DNA of 64,000 nucleotides, taken from positions 30,954 through 94,953 of the forward strand of contig NZ_JANFYZ010000002.1 in the NCBI RefSeq assembly GCF_024460775.1, given 5' to 3'. Of this stretch, positions 27,574 to 37,185 are shown in pieces. The notes under the pieces are model-generated. The model searched no databases. It was not told the DNA's origin and saw nothing but the letters and a program-made list of their open reading frames with translations. This stretch comes from Desulfovibrio desulfuricans. Its GTDB lineage: Bacteria > Desulfobacterota > Desulfovibrionia > Desulfovibrionales > Desulfovibrionaceae. A program made the position numbers and the translations under genes. The stretch's first letter is position 1; each line of letters begins with the position of its first letter.

Positions 27574-29956
27574 GCCGCCACATCAGGTGGAACAGCAAGG
27601 AAAGCGCGCAGACGATGCCGCCCATGAGCAGCAGCGCGCTGGCTGGAGCCATGACGGTTACGGCAATGCCAAACACCACAGGCCCCGCTACCTGCCCCAT
27701 GCGCTCCAGGCCACGGTAAATCGAGGCTGTCTTTTCGCGGCCCAGGGTTTGCGCCGAAGCAAGAGTGAGAACGCAGATCATGGATGCCGGGGCAGCCAGA
27801 CACTGGGCCAGCCCCAGGGAGATGACCGCAGCGGCCGCCCCGGCCATATTTGTAGCCGTTGCCGCAATGAGCAGCGTAATGCCGGAGAGCAGGCCCGTGA
27901 GCGTCAGGAACAGGGATTTGTCTTTTCTGCGATCTATCCATTTGCCAAGCAATGGCCCCGCCGTAATAAAACACAGGCCGTAGAGCATGAATATGCGGCC
28001 GATATCCGACTGATCCACATGGGCGTTTGCCAGCCTCAACGGCAGCAGATAGTGCAAAAATCCGGTCAGACACATGGCGGCGGGTATGCCCACCAGCCAG
28101 AGTATCATGTGCATGCGCGGGTCTTGCAGCAATTGCATGCAGCCTGAAAACATGTGCCCCTGTGCGGCTGTTTGCGCACCAGACCCCTGACAGGCCGCGT
28201 TGCCGGCACTGCCTGCTGCGGCCTCCGCGGGTTCCTTGCCAAGCATCACGGTGAACAGAGCCAGCAAGATGGTGCAGGCCCCGGTCGCCAGCACCGCCTG
28301 AAACGAAACATGATCCGCCAGCATGGCCCCCGCTGCTGAGCCGCAGATGCTGCCGGAAAATATGCCTGCGAATACGCTGGTGAGCCCTGCCCCGGCATTG
28401 GCCTTGCCCAGTGTGCCGATCTGCCCGGCCATGAGCACAAGGCCAAAGCCGAAGCCTGTGGCAACGCGCCCCAGAATGAGCAGAAGCAGGCTGTTGGCCA
28501 TGCCGCCCATCATCAGCCCCACGGCCGCAGCCAGAGTGCCTGCGGCAAAGACCTTTCGCCAGCCGTAGCGCAATGAAAATCCGCCGGAAAACAGCAGGGC
28601 AAAGCCCGCGCTGACCATCTCTGCCGAGATGGGCAGGCCAATGGCCACATCACGGCTCAGGCCCATGAACGGCTCGTACAGCTGGCGGGCCAGCAGGGGA
28701 ATGAACGATATGCCCATGTCGTAGCCCAAAAAGAACACAAAGCCCGCTGCCCGCAAGGCCTGCACGGCGAGGGAGTGGTGGCTGCTTCCAAGGGCGTTCG
28801 CCGCAGCATCTGGCGGGAGGTTGCGTTGCGCGATAAGGCCCAGCAGTTTTGAGAGTTCCAGCAGCAGCAAAAAGCTGATGAGCAGTGAGGCCCCAAGGTC
28901 AAGGGCCAGCGCCGATATGCGGGTTGTGATGGCCTGGGGCTGCACGGCCAGTTGCAGGCGCAGCACTTCCTGTTTTTGGCGGAAGCGGCTGGGCCAGTAG
29001 GTGCTCAGTGATTTTTCAACTGTGAGCGCCGGGTCGGGCACGTGCCCGGCAGAGGCCACAGACTTGCCTTCAGGCGTCAGCAGCTGCGCGCCCGCAAGCT
29101 CGCTGTTGGCCGCAAGCAGCTGCTCAAGCGCCTGATCCTTGCCGCGCAGGCTGGCGATATCCACGCCTTTGTGGATAAGGTATTCAAAATCGCGCCCTGT
29201 GCCCTCGGCGAGGATGTCTGCCTTGGTGCGTACGGCCTGCTTGACGAAGGTATCGAACAGCACCAGCGTGCCGCAGGCGTAGAGCAATTGCGATGTGCCG
29301 ATGATGACGAGCAGCATTCTGGTCATGCCCGAAAGGCTTGTGCCCACAGCGCGTTGCCCGGTCAAGAGGCCAAGACGCCCGGCCAGAATCAGCCCCGCCA
29401 CAAGGCAGGCCGCTGCCAGCAACAGGGATGACAGCCGCAGAAAATCTTCTGTAGCCGCATTGATGGGCTTGCCGTCAATGTCCACCAGCAGTTGGCCCAC
29501 AGGCGTTTTGTTCCTCAGGGGGATGCTCAGGCGATAACCATCAGCGGTTTTGATCGCGCCTTGCGGCCCGTCTTTGCCCTCTCTGGTTTGGGATGCCGCA
29601 CCGGGGGGCAACGTGCTATCAGCCTTTGAATCTTGGGCAGGCTGTTCATAGAGAGTGGAACCCCTGGCATCAATAATGGTCACACGCCTGATGCCCGCCG
29701 CGCTCTGACCCAGTTCCGCCAGCATCTCGTCCATTCCGGCGAACGAAGCCAGCGGTTTGCCAAAGCGCATGCCGCGTTCAATATCACGGGCCAGACGTTC
29801 AGCACCGCTGCGATAGCCGGAAAGCACCATGTCGGTTGCCAGCGTATTCAGCGTGGAAACCGAGAGCAGCACGTTAAAGCCCAGGGTGACCAGCAGGACT
29901 CCAAGCCCGAGCAGCAGGGCATTGATGCGCAGTTTGCGCGTGGCGCGGATAAGCAC
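27554..29956 (-). CDS. MFS transporter (12-TM, C-terminal ~420 aa) fused to a ~330-aa N-terminal extracytoplasmic/sensor-like domain bounded by two TM helices
   Basis: C-terminal half shows alternating hydrophobic helices and MFS signature-like loops (GRVATGFGFG, LGREKTASIYRGLERMGQVAGP). N-terminal TM1 LLLGLGVLLVTLGF and TM2 after a long soluble segment. Overlaps the formyltransferase 3-prime end by 20 nt (convergent). Confidence 0.7.
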   Translation of the reverse strand: MLIRATRKLRINALLLGLGVLLVTLGFNVLLSVSTLNTLATDMVLSGYRSGAERLARDIERGMRFGKPLASFAGMDEMLAELGQSAAGIRRVTIIDARGSTLYEQPAQDSKADSTLPPGAASQTREGKDGPQGAIKTADGYRLSIPLRNKTPVGQLLVDIDGKPINAATEDFLRLSSLLLAAACLVAGLILAGRLGLLTGQRAVGTSLSGMTRMLLVIIGTSQLLYACGTLVLFDTFVKQAVRTKADILAEGTGRDFEYLIHKGVDIASLRGKDQALEQLLAANSELAGAQLLTPEGKSVASAGHVPDPALTVEKSLSTYWPSRFRQKQEVLRLQLAVQPQAITTRISALALDLGASLLISFLLLLELSKLLGLIAQRNLPPDAAANALGSSHHSLAVQALRAAGFVFFLGYDMGISFIPLLARQLYEPFMGLSRDVAIGLPISAEMVSAGFALLFSGGFSLRYGWRKVFAAGTLAAAVGLMMGGMANSLLLLILGRVATGFGFGLVLMAGQIGTLGKANAGAGLTSVFAGIFSGSICGSAAGAMLADHVSFQAVLATGACTILLALFTVMLGKEPAEAAAGSAGNAACQGSGAQTAAQGHMFSGCMQLLQDPRMHMILWLVGIPAAMCLTGFLHYLLPLRLANAHVDQSDIGRIFMLYGLCFITAGPLLGKWIDRRKDKSLFLTLTGLLSGITLLIAATATNMAGAAAAVISLGLAQCLAAPASMICVLTLASAQTLGREKTASIYRGLERMGQVAGPVVFGIAVTVMAPASALLLMGGIVCALSLLFHLMWRLRTPAN

Positions 29957-29965
29957 GGAAAATCC

Positions 29966-31111
29966 TTAGGGTGTACCGGGGTGCGGCTGGCTGATGGTTT
30001 CGTGCAGTTCGTCCGCCGTTACCAGCACGTCAAAGGGAAAATCAAAGCCGATGGCCTTGGCGGTGGCAAGGTTCAGGGCGATGGAAGGCTCGGACTGGTC
30101 AAGCATGGGCAGGGTGCGCGGCTGCGTGCCGCCCAGTATGGCGTGGGCCTGCCCGGCAAGAGCTATGCCGCTGGGGCCGAAATTCCAGGTGGAAAAGCCC
30201 ATGAGCGCTCCGGCTTTGACATATTCCGACCCATCACGCGCAAAGGTGGGGATTTTCCACTGATTCAGCTTTTGCAGCAGCGGGGCCATGCCCTCGCCGC
30301 CGATATCAAAGCAGTTCAGCGGGCCGATAAAAAAGGCGTCCATGCCCTGTTTGCGCAGGTCGTCCAGCCCCTTGCGGCATTCCTCAGCACTTTCGGCGGA
30401 GGAAAGGCCATCGTAGAGTACAAGGGAAAATCCCAGCTCCGAGGCAATGGCCTGGGCATCGCCAAGTGCGGCGTACACGCGGCCTTCCTGACTGTTCTGG
30501 AACATGATGCCCATTTTGTGAAAGCGCACCACATCGTAAAAAACGCGGAACATGGAAGACCAGCGGTCAACTTCCACCCGGCAGGTGAAGTTGTCCACGC
30601 CGGAATCCTGCGCGCTTTTGACAACCCCGGCAGCCACAGGGTCAGCCATGCCCATGCCCAGAATGGGCAAACGGCCATCGTTGACTGCCAGCAGCGCCTT
30701 GACCGCCGCCGTGCCCATGCCCACCACAAGGTCGAGATCCTTGCGCTGCAAAAGCTGTTTTGCCATTTCAGGCAGGCGGCGCATCTGCGCTGGTTCCCAG
30801 CCGGGGCTGAAGCGCGCGTCAGATGGATATTCGCAGCGTATGTCGTCATACTTGCCCATACCATCGCGAAAGGCGTTCCAGGTGTTGTCAAACAGCCAGA
30901 ACGGCCCGGCTTCGAGATAGCCAATGCGTTTTACGGGCGGATTGGCGCAGGCGGGCTGGCAGAAGACGAAAAACAGGCCGCCCAGTAAAAGCATGGTAAG
31001 AATCAGCGTGGTCAGGCGCTGCAGAAATGCGCTTGCATGGGGCCGTTGCCCCTGGTTTTTCTGCGGGCGCAGCAAAAGACATGGGCCATTGGCTGTAATT
31101 GGAAAAAGCAT
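29966..31111 (-). CDS. periplasmic ABC-type substrate-binding protein, PF04392 (ABC_sub_bind/BMP-like) family; start uncertain
   Basis: DLVVGMGTAAVKALLAVNDGRLPILGMGMADPVAAGVV matches the PF04392 core. Signal-anchor LLTMLLLGGLFFVFCQPACA. Confidence 0.7.
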   Translation of the reverse strand: MLFPITANGPCLLLRPQKNQGQRPHASAFLQRLTTLILTMLLLGGLFFVFCQPACANPPVKRIGYLEAGPFWLFDNTWNAFRDGMGKYDDIRCEYPSDARFSPGWEPAQMRRLPEMAKQLLQRKDLDLVVGMGTAAVKALLAVNDGRLPILGMGMADPVAAGVVKSAQDSGVDNFTCRVEVDRWSSMFRVFYDVVRFHKMGIMFQNSQEGRVYAALGDAQAIASELGFSLVLYDGLSSAESAEECRKGLDDLRKQGMDAFFIGPLNCFDIGGEGMAPLLQKLNQWKIPTFARDGSEYVKAGALMGFSTWNFGPSGIALAGQAHAILGGTQPRTLPMLDQSEPSIALNLATAKAIGFDFPFDVLVTADELHETISQPHPGTP

Positions 31112-31165
31112 GCCTACTGCGCCGCGTGAAAGAGTGTGTTCATCAGAACCGTATCCCTATGCAGC

Positions 31166-31333
31166 CTAGCAGCGAGTGGGCTTTTTGGGGCTCGAGGCTA
31201 TGACAAGCAGCAGCCCCACCAGGGGGGTCAGCAGAACACTGGCAAAAAAATTGCCCCAGAATCCCAGCCGGGAATTGATGCCCAAAAACCCGACCAGCAG
31301 GCTCATGCCCAGTATGAGAGCGAACAGTAGCAC
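31166..31333 (-). CDS. small hydrophobic protein (55 aa, two predicted TM helices); below the ORF-track length cutoff
   Basis: GGGAGG RBS 7 nt upstream of a GTG start. Translation MLLFALILGMSLLVGFLGINSRLGFWGNFFASVLLTPLVGLLLVIASSPKKPTRC. Lies between the SPFH and SBP genes on the same strand. Confidence 0.35.
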   Translation of the reverse strand: MLLFALILGMSLLVGFLGINSRLGFWGNFFASVLLTPLVGLLLVIASSPKKPTRC

Positions 31334-31345
31334 AGCGGGCCTCCC

Positions 31346-32656
31346 TTACTGTCTGACAGCGCCGCCACGGTGCGGTTGCAGCAGTGTTTTATTCAACCTC
31401 TGGATATAATCCGATACATTTTCTCCGGGGGCGATCCAGCCAGCCCCGGCGGGTGTTTGGGCTTCGGCAGACGCGGCAGAATCCTGCTTTGCTGAGTCGC
31501 TACGCGGCCCGTACTTCGGCGCATACTGCGCCCCGGATTGGGAATCGTACTGGATTTGGGGGCGCAGGCCGGAATGTGAATTGGGGCGGAACGGGGGCGT
31601 TCTGCCGGGTTCGGGCCGCATCTGCCCTGGCTGAATTTGGCCAGGCCGCATATCCTCGGGCCGCTTCTGGTCTGGGCTGACCGAATCTGTTCCCGACATA
31701 TCTGGTTTGGCAGGCGTCTGCTGGGTGCCTTGCACGGGAGCCTTGGGGGCCGCCCCCTGATTGGCCGCCTTGCCAGCGTTTGCGGTATCTGGCGCGGCTG
31801 CGCCTGTGGGCGAATCTGCATTGAGGATAACAGGCAGGCCGTCCTTGCCGCCGATCACAACCACCTTGGCATTGGGCGACGTGGCAAGCTCCTTGGTGGC
31901 CTGAATACCTTCATAGCGCAAGAAGTTCTGCGTCATGTTCTCGTTGACAAGCGTCTGGTAGGCCTTGATGCCTTCGCCTTCAATTGTCTTGCGGCGGGCC
32001 TCCTGCTGGGCTTCAAGCAGAATGTACTTGTAGCGCAGGTAGTCCTGCTCCGCTATGAGCTTGCGTTCAATGGCCTCGCGCAGCACTTCGGGCAGGGTGA
32101 TGCTCTTGACCACAAAACCCTGAATAAGAACGGGGATGCGCCCCATTTCTTCCACTGCGTCCACCAGCATCTGGTCTTGCAGTTCCTGCCGCGCCGTGGA
32201 GTAGAGGTCGTCTGGCCGATAGCTGCCGATTGTTTGCCGCACGGCGGAATTCATGATGGGGATCACGACCTTGTCGCGGTAGTTCGGCCCGATTTCCTGA
32301 TGCAGGTTGGGCAGGCGGTCGCGGATGATCTGAAAACGCAGCGAAATCTGCACGTTGATGGTCAGGCCGTCCACGGTCAGCACATCGATGTTCTGGGTTT
32401 CTTCCTGCACGCGCACATCATAGATATACATGATGTTCCACGGCTGGATGAAATGTATGCCTTCCTCGTAGGTGTGCTGCAACTGTGTGCCGCCGCGAAA
32501 GCGCGCGTACAGCACGCCCAGCTCGCCGGGCTTGATGGAAATGACAATACTCGGCCAGAGAAACAGGAGCAGCAGCGTTGCAACAACGCCCGCGACTATG
32601 ATCCGCAGACGGTTGCGGCGCAACACTTCCCGTATATTTGCACAGACGCTTTTCAT
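31346..32656 (-). CDS. SPFH/band-7 (prohibitin/flotillin-like) membrane protein with a Pro/Gln/Ala-rich C-terminal tail
   Basis: N-terminal TM. SPFH core GELGVLYARFRGG...IHFIQPWNIMYIYDVRVQE...LTVDGLTINVQISLRFQI. Confidence 0.8.
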   Translation of the reverse strand: MKSVCANIREVLRRNRLRIIVAGVVATLLLLFLWPSIVISIKPGELGVLYARFRGGTQLQHTYEEGIHFIQPWNIMYIYDVRVQEETQNIDVLTVDGLTINVQISLRFQIIRDRLPNLHQEIGPNYRDKVVIPIMNSAVRQTIGSYRPDDLYSTARQELQDQMLVDAVEEMGRIPVLIQGFVVKSITLPEVLREAIERKLIAEQDYLRYKYILLEAQQEARRKTIEGEGIKAYQTLVNENMTQNFLRYEGIQATKELATSPNAKVVVIGGKDGLPVILNADSPTGAAAPDTANAGKAANQGAAPKAPVQGTQQTPAKPDMSGTDSVSPDQKRPEDMRPGQIQPGQMRPEPGRTPPFRPNSHSGLRPQIQYDSQSGAQYAPKYGPRSDSAKQDSAASAEAQTPAGAGWIAPGENVSDYIQRLNKTLLQPHRGGAVRQ

Positions 32657-33144
32657 TGATCCAACCGGTAGGTTTGCTGTGTATATTGCGCGGAGCCGCG
32701 CCAGAACATATCAAGCGTATAGTCTATGCACTGCCTTTCAAACAGAATGCAGCGTTCTTTGTCGTCTTCCGTCTGGCCCATGCAGATATTGTAAAGAATG
32801 GGGCACATATCAACATTGAGCACAAATTCGCCAAGACTGGGGCGCGAATGGATTCCTTTGCGGGCGTGGCGCACGAGGCTCTTGACATATTTGTTATTGC
32901 AAATCTGGATGCGCTGCCCGTAATCGTGGTTTTCTTCGTAGCACTTCAGCCTGTTCTGAATGGTCTGCGTGTTTTCCGCAGCATTCACTTCAGAGGGCAT
33001 GGTGTCGCGCACATTGTTGTACAGTTGGCGCACAAGCTGGATATTGGTATTTCCCGTAAGATCCTTGCCTTCTACCTTGGGTGCGGCGCACAGGCACAGC
33101 AGGGCCGTCAGGGGGAGGGCAAGCCGCAGAAAATGATCGGTCAT
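32653..33144 (-). CDS. secreted Cys-rich small protein of unknown function
   Basis: Signal peptide LALPLTALLCLCAAPKVEG. Mature ~140 aa with 7 Cys and an N/Y/K/Q-rich composition atypical for this genome. Overlaps SPFH (ATGA) and the ABC exporter (4 nt): operonic. Confidence 0.55.
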   Translation of the reverse strand: MTDHFLRLALPLTALLCLCAAPKVEGKDLTGNTNIQLVRQLYNNVRDTMPSEVNAAENTQTIQNRLKCYEENHDYGQRIQICNNKYVKSLVRHARKGIHSRPSLGEFVLNVDMCPILYNICMGQTEDDKERCILFERQCIDYTLDMFWRGSAQYTQQTYRLDQ

Positions 33145-34823
33145 GCCTGCGCCCCTTCGCCTGAGGGTTCTTCCACAAAGCCGCCTTCGCGCATGGTCAG
33201 CACCCTGTCGGCCACATGGAAATAGCGGTCGTCATGGGATATGGCCAGTATTGTGCCGCCCTGACGGATGATGTCAGGCAGCAGTTCTTCGTAAAAATAA
33301 CGGCGGAAAACAGGGTCGAAGTCTGCGGCCACTTCGTCAAACAGGTAGATATGGCGCTTTTCAAGCAGCGCACAGGCCAGGGCAAGGCGTTTGCGCTGCC
33401 CGGCGGAGAGATCAAGCGTGGAGAACGTGCCGTCTTCCAGCAGGCTCACCTTGGTTTCCATGTGCAGGGTGCGCAGCACGTCCGTGAGCTGGGCCGGGGT
33501 GATGTTCAGGCCGAGGGGCCGCGAAAACAGGTGGTAGTCTGTGGGCACAATGGTGAAGAGGTTGCGGTAGGATTCCATGTTAACATCGGAAAGCATGACG
33601 TTGTTCAGGAACATTTCTCCGCTCTCGGGCGCATACAACCCGGCCAGCACCTTCATGAAGGTGGACTTTCCCGATCCGTTGCCACCGCGAATGAACACCA
33701 GTTCGCCTTTGCGCAGCTCAAAGCTGTCTACAGCAATGCCAAAAAGCCGCATGCCGTTGCGGTCATGGTAGTCAAAACGCACATCGCGCAGAGCGATGGA
33801 GTCAAAATCCGGCACAGTGGGGTCGGCCTGCTGCCAGCGCGCCTTGACCCCCGCGTTTTCAAATGGCTCCGTCACGGCGTCTATCTGCGATTCCACGGCT
33901 GCAAGTTCCTGCAGGCTCATTTCTACCTTTGCCATCATGGGAACCGAGGTGATAAGGCTGATGAGCGGGCTCAGGCTGAACATACACAGTACCAGCAGCG
34001 AGGAAGTTTCCGACGTTTCGAGGTTCAGAACCTTGGGCATGATAAAAAGTATCAGCCCAAGAATCAGCAGATTGAACATGGCAAAAAATGATATGCCAAG
34101 GGCGTGCCTGTGCTCTGTGGCATCGCGGGCTTCTGATGCCACAGAAAGGTCAGGGATGATCTGCTCGCCAAACAGCGCCGTTGTCCTTGGCTTGTGCATC
34201 TTGAGTTGCAGCAGCCCGGCGTAAAGGTCGCGCAGCCCCGCGCAGAAGCGCTGGTCGGCCTGCATGGCTGGCCCCATGTGGGCATGCACCTTGTTGATAA
34301 GGTGCAGAAAAATCCAGAACCCCATAGCAAGAAAAAGAAAAACGCCCAGCGTACCGGGAATGGAGACCGTTGCCATCTTGGCAAACGAGAGCACAACCAT
34401 CACCGTATTGGCCGAGGCCGCAACCAGCATTCGGGCCGCTTCAACCACCATTTCGCGCCCGTCCAGCAGGGCGGACTGAATACGGTTTTTATCCAGCTTT
34501 TCATATTCCAGCAGAGAAACGCCGCGCAGCTTGGCGGCAATGCGCATGCGCCATTCCATGATGCCGCGCAGGGCAATCTGCGCCGAGCGCCCTGTGATGT
34601 AGCGGAAGAGAAAATAAAAGGAGGCGAGGCTCACCAGAAAAGCAAGAAAGGTGCTGAATTCCAGCCCGTCTTCAGAAAGCTGCTGCAAGCCCTGAAGCAC
34701 CGAAAATACGGCAAGCCCCTGCATGATGCCTGAGCCGAGGCACGCGGCGGCAATTTTTTTGCCTTCCTCGCCGGCCTGTTCCCACAGAAGTTTCAGAAAA
34801 AGAGATTCTTTCAGTTGCAGCAT
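33141..34823 (-). CDS. ABC transporter, fused permease/ATPase of the cyclic-peptide exporter type (SyrD/YojI-like)
   Basis: 560 aa. Six-TM N-terminal half. Walker A GGNGSGKST. ABC signature LSAGQRKRLALACALL. Walker B IYLFDEVAADFD. Size and architecture match the cyc_pep_trnsptr family. Confidence 0.8.
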   Translation of the reverse strand: MLQLKESLFLKLLWEQAGEEGKKIAAACLGSGIMQGLAVFSVLQGLQQLSEDGLEFSTFLAFLVSLASFYFLFRYITGRSAQIALRGIMEWRMRIAAKLRGVSLLEYEKLDKNRIQSALLDGREMVVEAARMLVAASANTVMVVLSFAKMATVSIPGTLGVFLFLAMGFWIFLHLINKVHAHMGPAMQADQRFCAGLRDLYAGLLQLKMHKPRTTALFGEQIIPDLSVASEARDATEHRHALGISFFAMFNLLILGLILFIMPKVLNLETSETSSLLVLCMFSLSPLISLITSVPMMAKVEMSLQELAAVESQIDAVTEPFENAGVKARWQQADPTVPDFDSIALRDVRFDYHDRNGMRLFGIAVDSFELRKGELVFIRGGNGSGKSTFMKVLAGLYAPESGEMFLNNVMLSDVNMESYRNLFTIVPTDYHLFSRPLGLNITPAQLTDVLRTLHMETKVSLLEDGTFSTLDLSAGQRKRLALACALLEKRHIYLFDEVAADFDPVFRRYFYEELLPDIIRQGGTILAISHDDRYFHVADRVLTMREGGFVEEPSGEGAQA

Positions 34824-35106
34824 GTGGTTCTGTGGCCCCGGTGTTCAGGTGCGCCGCGCATTACAGCATGCCCGGCGGTCTTGTATGCGCCCCTTTGCAG
34901 TGCAGGGGGCCTGGTAAATCAAGCGTCAACGCTGCCGCAGCGGCAGCCACGGCCTTTGCCAAGGCCTGAAAGTTATGCTCTGTCAGCCAATTTGGGCATA
35001 AGCGCGGCTGGGTACGGCGAGCGTAATAGCCAACACTTCCGTAAGGGCCAGTTGCCCGGCCCATACGGAAGGCTCCGATTCCCGAAACCGCCAGAGGTCG
35101 CCGATA

Positions 35107-35730
35107 TTAGGCCGCGCTGGTGTCCGCTTCTTTGGCGGGGGCTTCAGCGGCGGCTTCGTCCTTGGTTTCTTTTTTCATCTTGTTCTTGATCTTGCCGACC
35201 AATGTTTTGCCTTCCTCAACCTTTTCCTTGAAGTAGGTCTTGGCTTCTTCGGCATTGAAATCAATCAGGTTGCCGCCCTTTCTGAAATGGCGGTCAAAAA
35301 CCCAGCCAAGGGCATAGGTACTGGCGCCGCCCATAATGCTGATGGTGGCCGCGCCCGCGGTGAAGCCAATGACCGGAATGCTTTTCAGCAGCGAGGCGGC
35401 CAGGGGCACGCTTGCCGTGGTCAGAAAACCGCCGCAGAGCGAAGAAACGATGGATTTGACGCGTTCTTTTTTGAATTCAACGCCGTGAGCCTCGGCCAGT
35501 GCGTGGATAAGCTCAATCTGGAGGGCGGAGAGACCCAGAAAATCTACAAGGGGCACCGGCACAAAGCCAATGCCGATAGCGCCGTATACGCGCTTGCGGA
35601 TGATGGCGTCCACCACTTCTTCCGAAGGGCAGGCGCGTTCGCACGTTTCTGCTTCAGCAGCGGTTTCGGCCTGGCAGGCCATCTGATCTTCAACGCCGTC
35701 GACCTTGTTTTCCAACGTATCTTTTGTCAT
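35107..35730 (-). CDS. DUF697-like membrane-associated protein (start at MTKDT; ORF opens at 35817)
   Basis: Core VPVPLVDFLGLSALQIELIHALAEAHGV...SIPVIGFTAGAATISIMGGASTYALG resembles DUF697 (YcjF-type) domains. Lys/Glu-rich tail. Confidence 0.5.
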   Translation of the reverse strand: MTKDTLENKVDGVEDQMACQAETAAEAETCERACPSEEVVDAIIRKRVYGAIGIGFVPVPLVDFLGLSALQIELIHALAEAHGVEFKKERVKSIVSSLCGGFLTTASVPLAASLLKSIPVIGFTAGAATISIMGGASTYALGWVFDRHFRKGGNLIDFNAEEAKTYFKEKVEEGKTLVGKIKNKMKKETKDEAAAEAPAKEADTSAA

Positions 35731-35770
35731 GTGCAACCTCGTTGTGGCCGGTTTCAGGGTTACGGGAATT

Positions 35771-36904
35771 CTATTGGGGAACGGCCGTTTTATCAACGCC
35801 CGCCAGTGTGACGTCAAAGAGTTCGTCTGCCGAAATGAGCAGAATCAGCGGCAAATCCATGCCCATCTTCTGGGCAGTCACCAGATTCAGTGCAATCTTG
35901 GGCGTGTAGGCCGCTGTTTCAAGCTGGGTATTTGGCGGCAACAGGCCAAGCTGGGTGGCAATATGGTCAGCATAAAATTTGCCAAGAGGAACATAATCAA
36001 GGGTCGAAAGCCCCATGAGCGCGCCTCTGCGCACATGAACGCTGCCGTCGCGCGCAAAGGTCTTGATGTGGTGGGCGTTGAGCGTGTCAAAGATGGCCTG
36101 GGGGTTGGCCTGCGTCCAGTCAAAGCAGTTGAGGGCCGAAATGTAAAAGGCATCCACGCCAGCGGTCAGCAGCCTGTCCACGCCCTTGGTGCACGATTCC
36201 ATGCTCTCCGCTTTGTCCAGAAAGGGGTATTCCACAAGGGTAAAGCCACGCTCGCGCGCAACTTCGCGCGCTTCCCGCACATTGGAGTATGAAAGGCCCT
36301 CGGGGCTGTCGTGATACATGATGCCAAGGCGAAGAAAGGGCAGCGCCTCATGAAACAGGGCAAAGACCTTGAACCATTTATCCTTGGTGTAGCGGATTGT
36401 CAGGTTGGCCGCGCCCTTGCCAGTGGCGCGATCCACAATGCCGGCGCCTGCCGGGTCGGCCACGTCAACGCTCATGATGGGCGTTTTGCCGTTGTTTTCA
36501 GCCAGCAGGGCCTTGGTGGCCTCTGTTCCCATGCTTATGATGACGTCGATATCCGGATTTTGCATCAGTTTGCGTGCCTCTGCGCGGTAAACGCTCTCAG
36601 AGGCATCCCAGCCGGGGCTGATGTACAGTTCGTCCGGCAGGGTGATGCGGTCGGCAACCCCGCGTTGCCGCAGGGCCTTGATGATTTCTTTTTGCAGCAG
36701 GGTAAATTCCCAGTACGGCCCGGCTTCAAAATAGGCCGCAACCTTGGGGCGCGAGGGTTTGGGCTGGGAGGACGCCGGGGCAGGCGCTGCCATCTGTTCC
36801 ACAGGCGCGCGCGGGGGGGCTGCCTGCACATTTGCGCACAGGCATACTGCGCAGCAAAGTGCTGCGGCAAGTGCGGGGAAGAACGATCCGAGGCTGCTGC
36901 TCAT
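35771..36904 (-). CDS. periplasmic ABC-type substrate-binding protein, PF04392 family (second copy; start at MSSSLG, ORF opens at 36994)
   Basis: Signal peptide FFPALAAALCCAVCLCANVQA. DIDVIISMGTEATKALLAENNGKTPIMSVDVADPAGAGIV is the same family as 29966-31111, but only recognisably paralogous (about 35-40% identity by eye). Confidence 0.7.
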   Translation of the reverse strand: MSSSLGSFFPALAAALCCAVCLCANVQAAPPRAPVEQMAAPAPASSQPKPSRPKVAAYFEAGPYWEFTLLQKEIIKALRQRGVADRITLPDELYISPGWDASESVYRAEARKLMQNPDIDVIISMGTEATKALLAENNGKTPIMSVDVADPAGAGIVDRATGKGAANLTIRYTKDKWFKVFALFHEALPFLRLGIMYHDSPEGLSYSNVREAREVARERGFTLVEYPFLDKAESMESCTKGVDRLLTAGVDAFYISALNCFDWTQANPQAIFDTLNAHHIKTFARDGSVHVRRGALMGLSTLDYVPLGKFYADHIATQLGLLPPNTQLETAAYTPKIALNLVTAQKMGMDLPLILLISADELFDVTLAGVDKTAVPQ

Positions 36905-37185
36905 GGAACAAAATACCCTATGATGCGTTCTTGGTGACACAGAGTGTCCGCCGCTCGGCGGTTCTACCCCAAAACTGGAGTGGAGTTCTTCCAAAATCCG
37001 TGCAGAGCAGACAAACGTTTTTTTATGGTAATCTGCGCTATTGGCGGCGTTGGGCCATCCGGATTTTCACACGGGCGCAAAACCATGCGCGCATGTTTCA
37101 ACATATCAGAGGAAAAGCGGTATCGTCCACATGAATTTGGGGCGCGCATCGGCATTTCTGCATGTTTTTTGGCGGGTTGCAGGGA

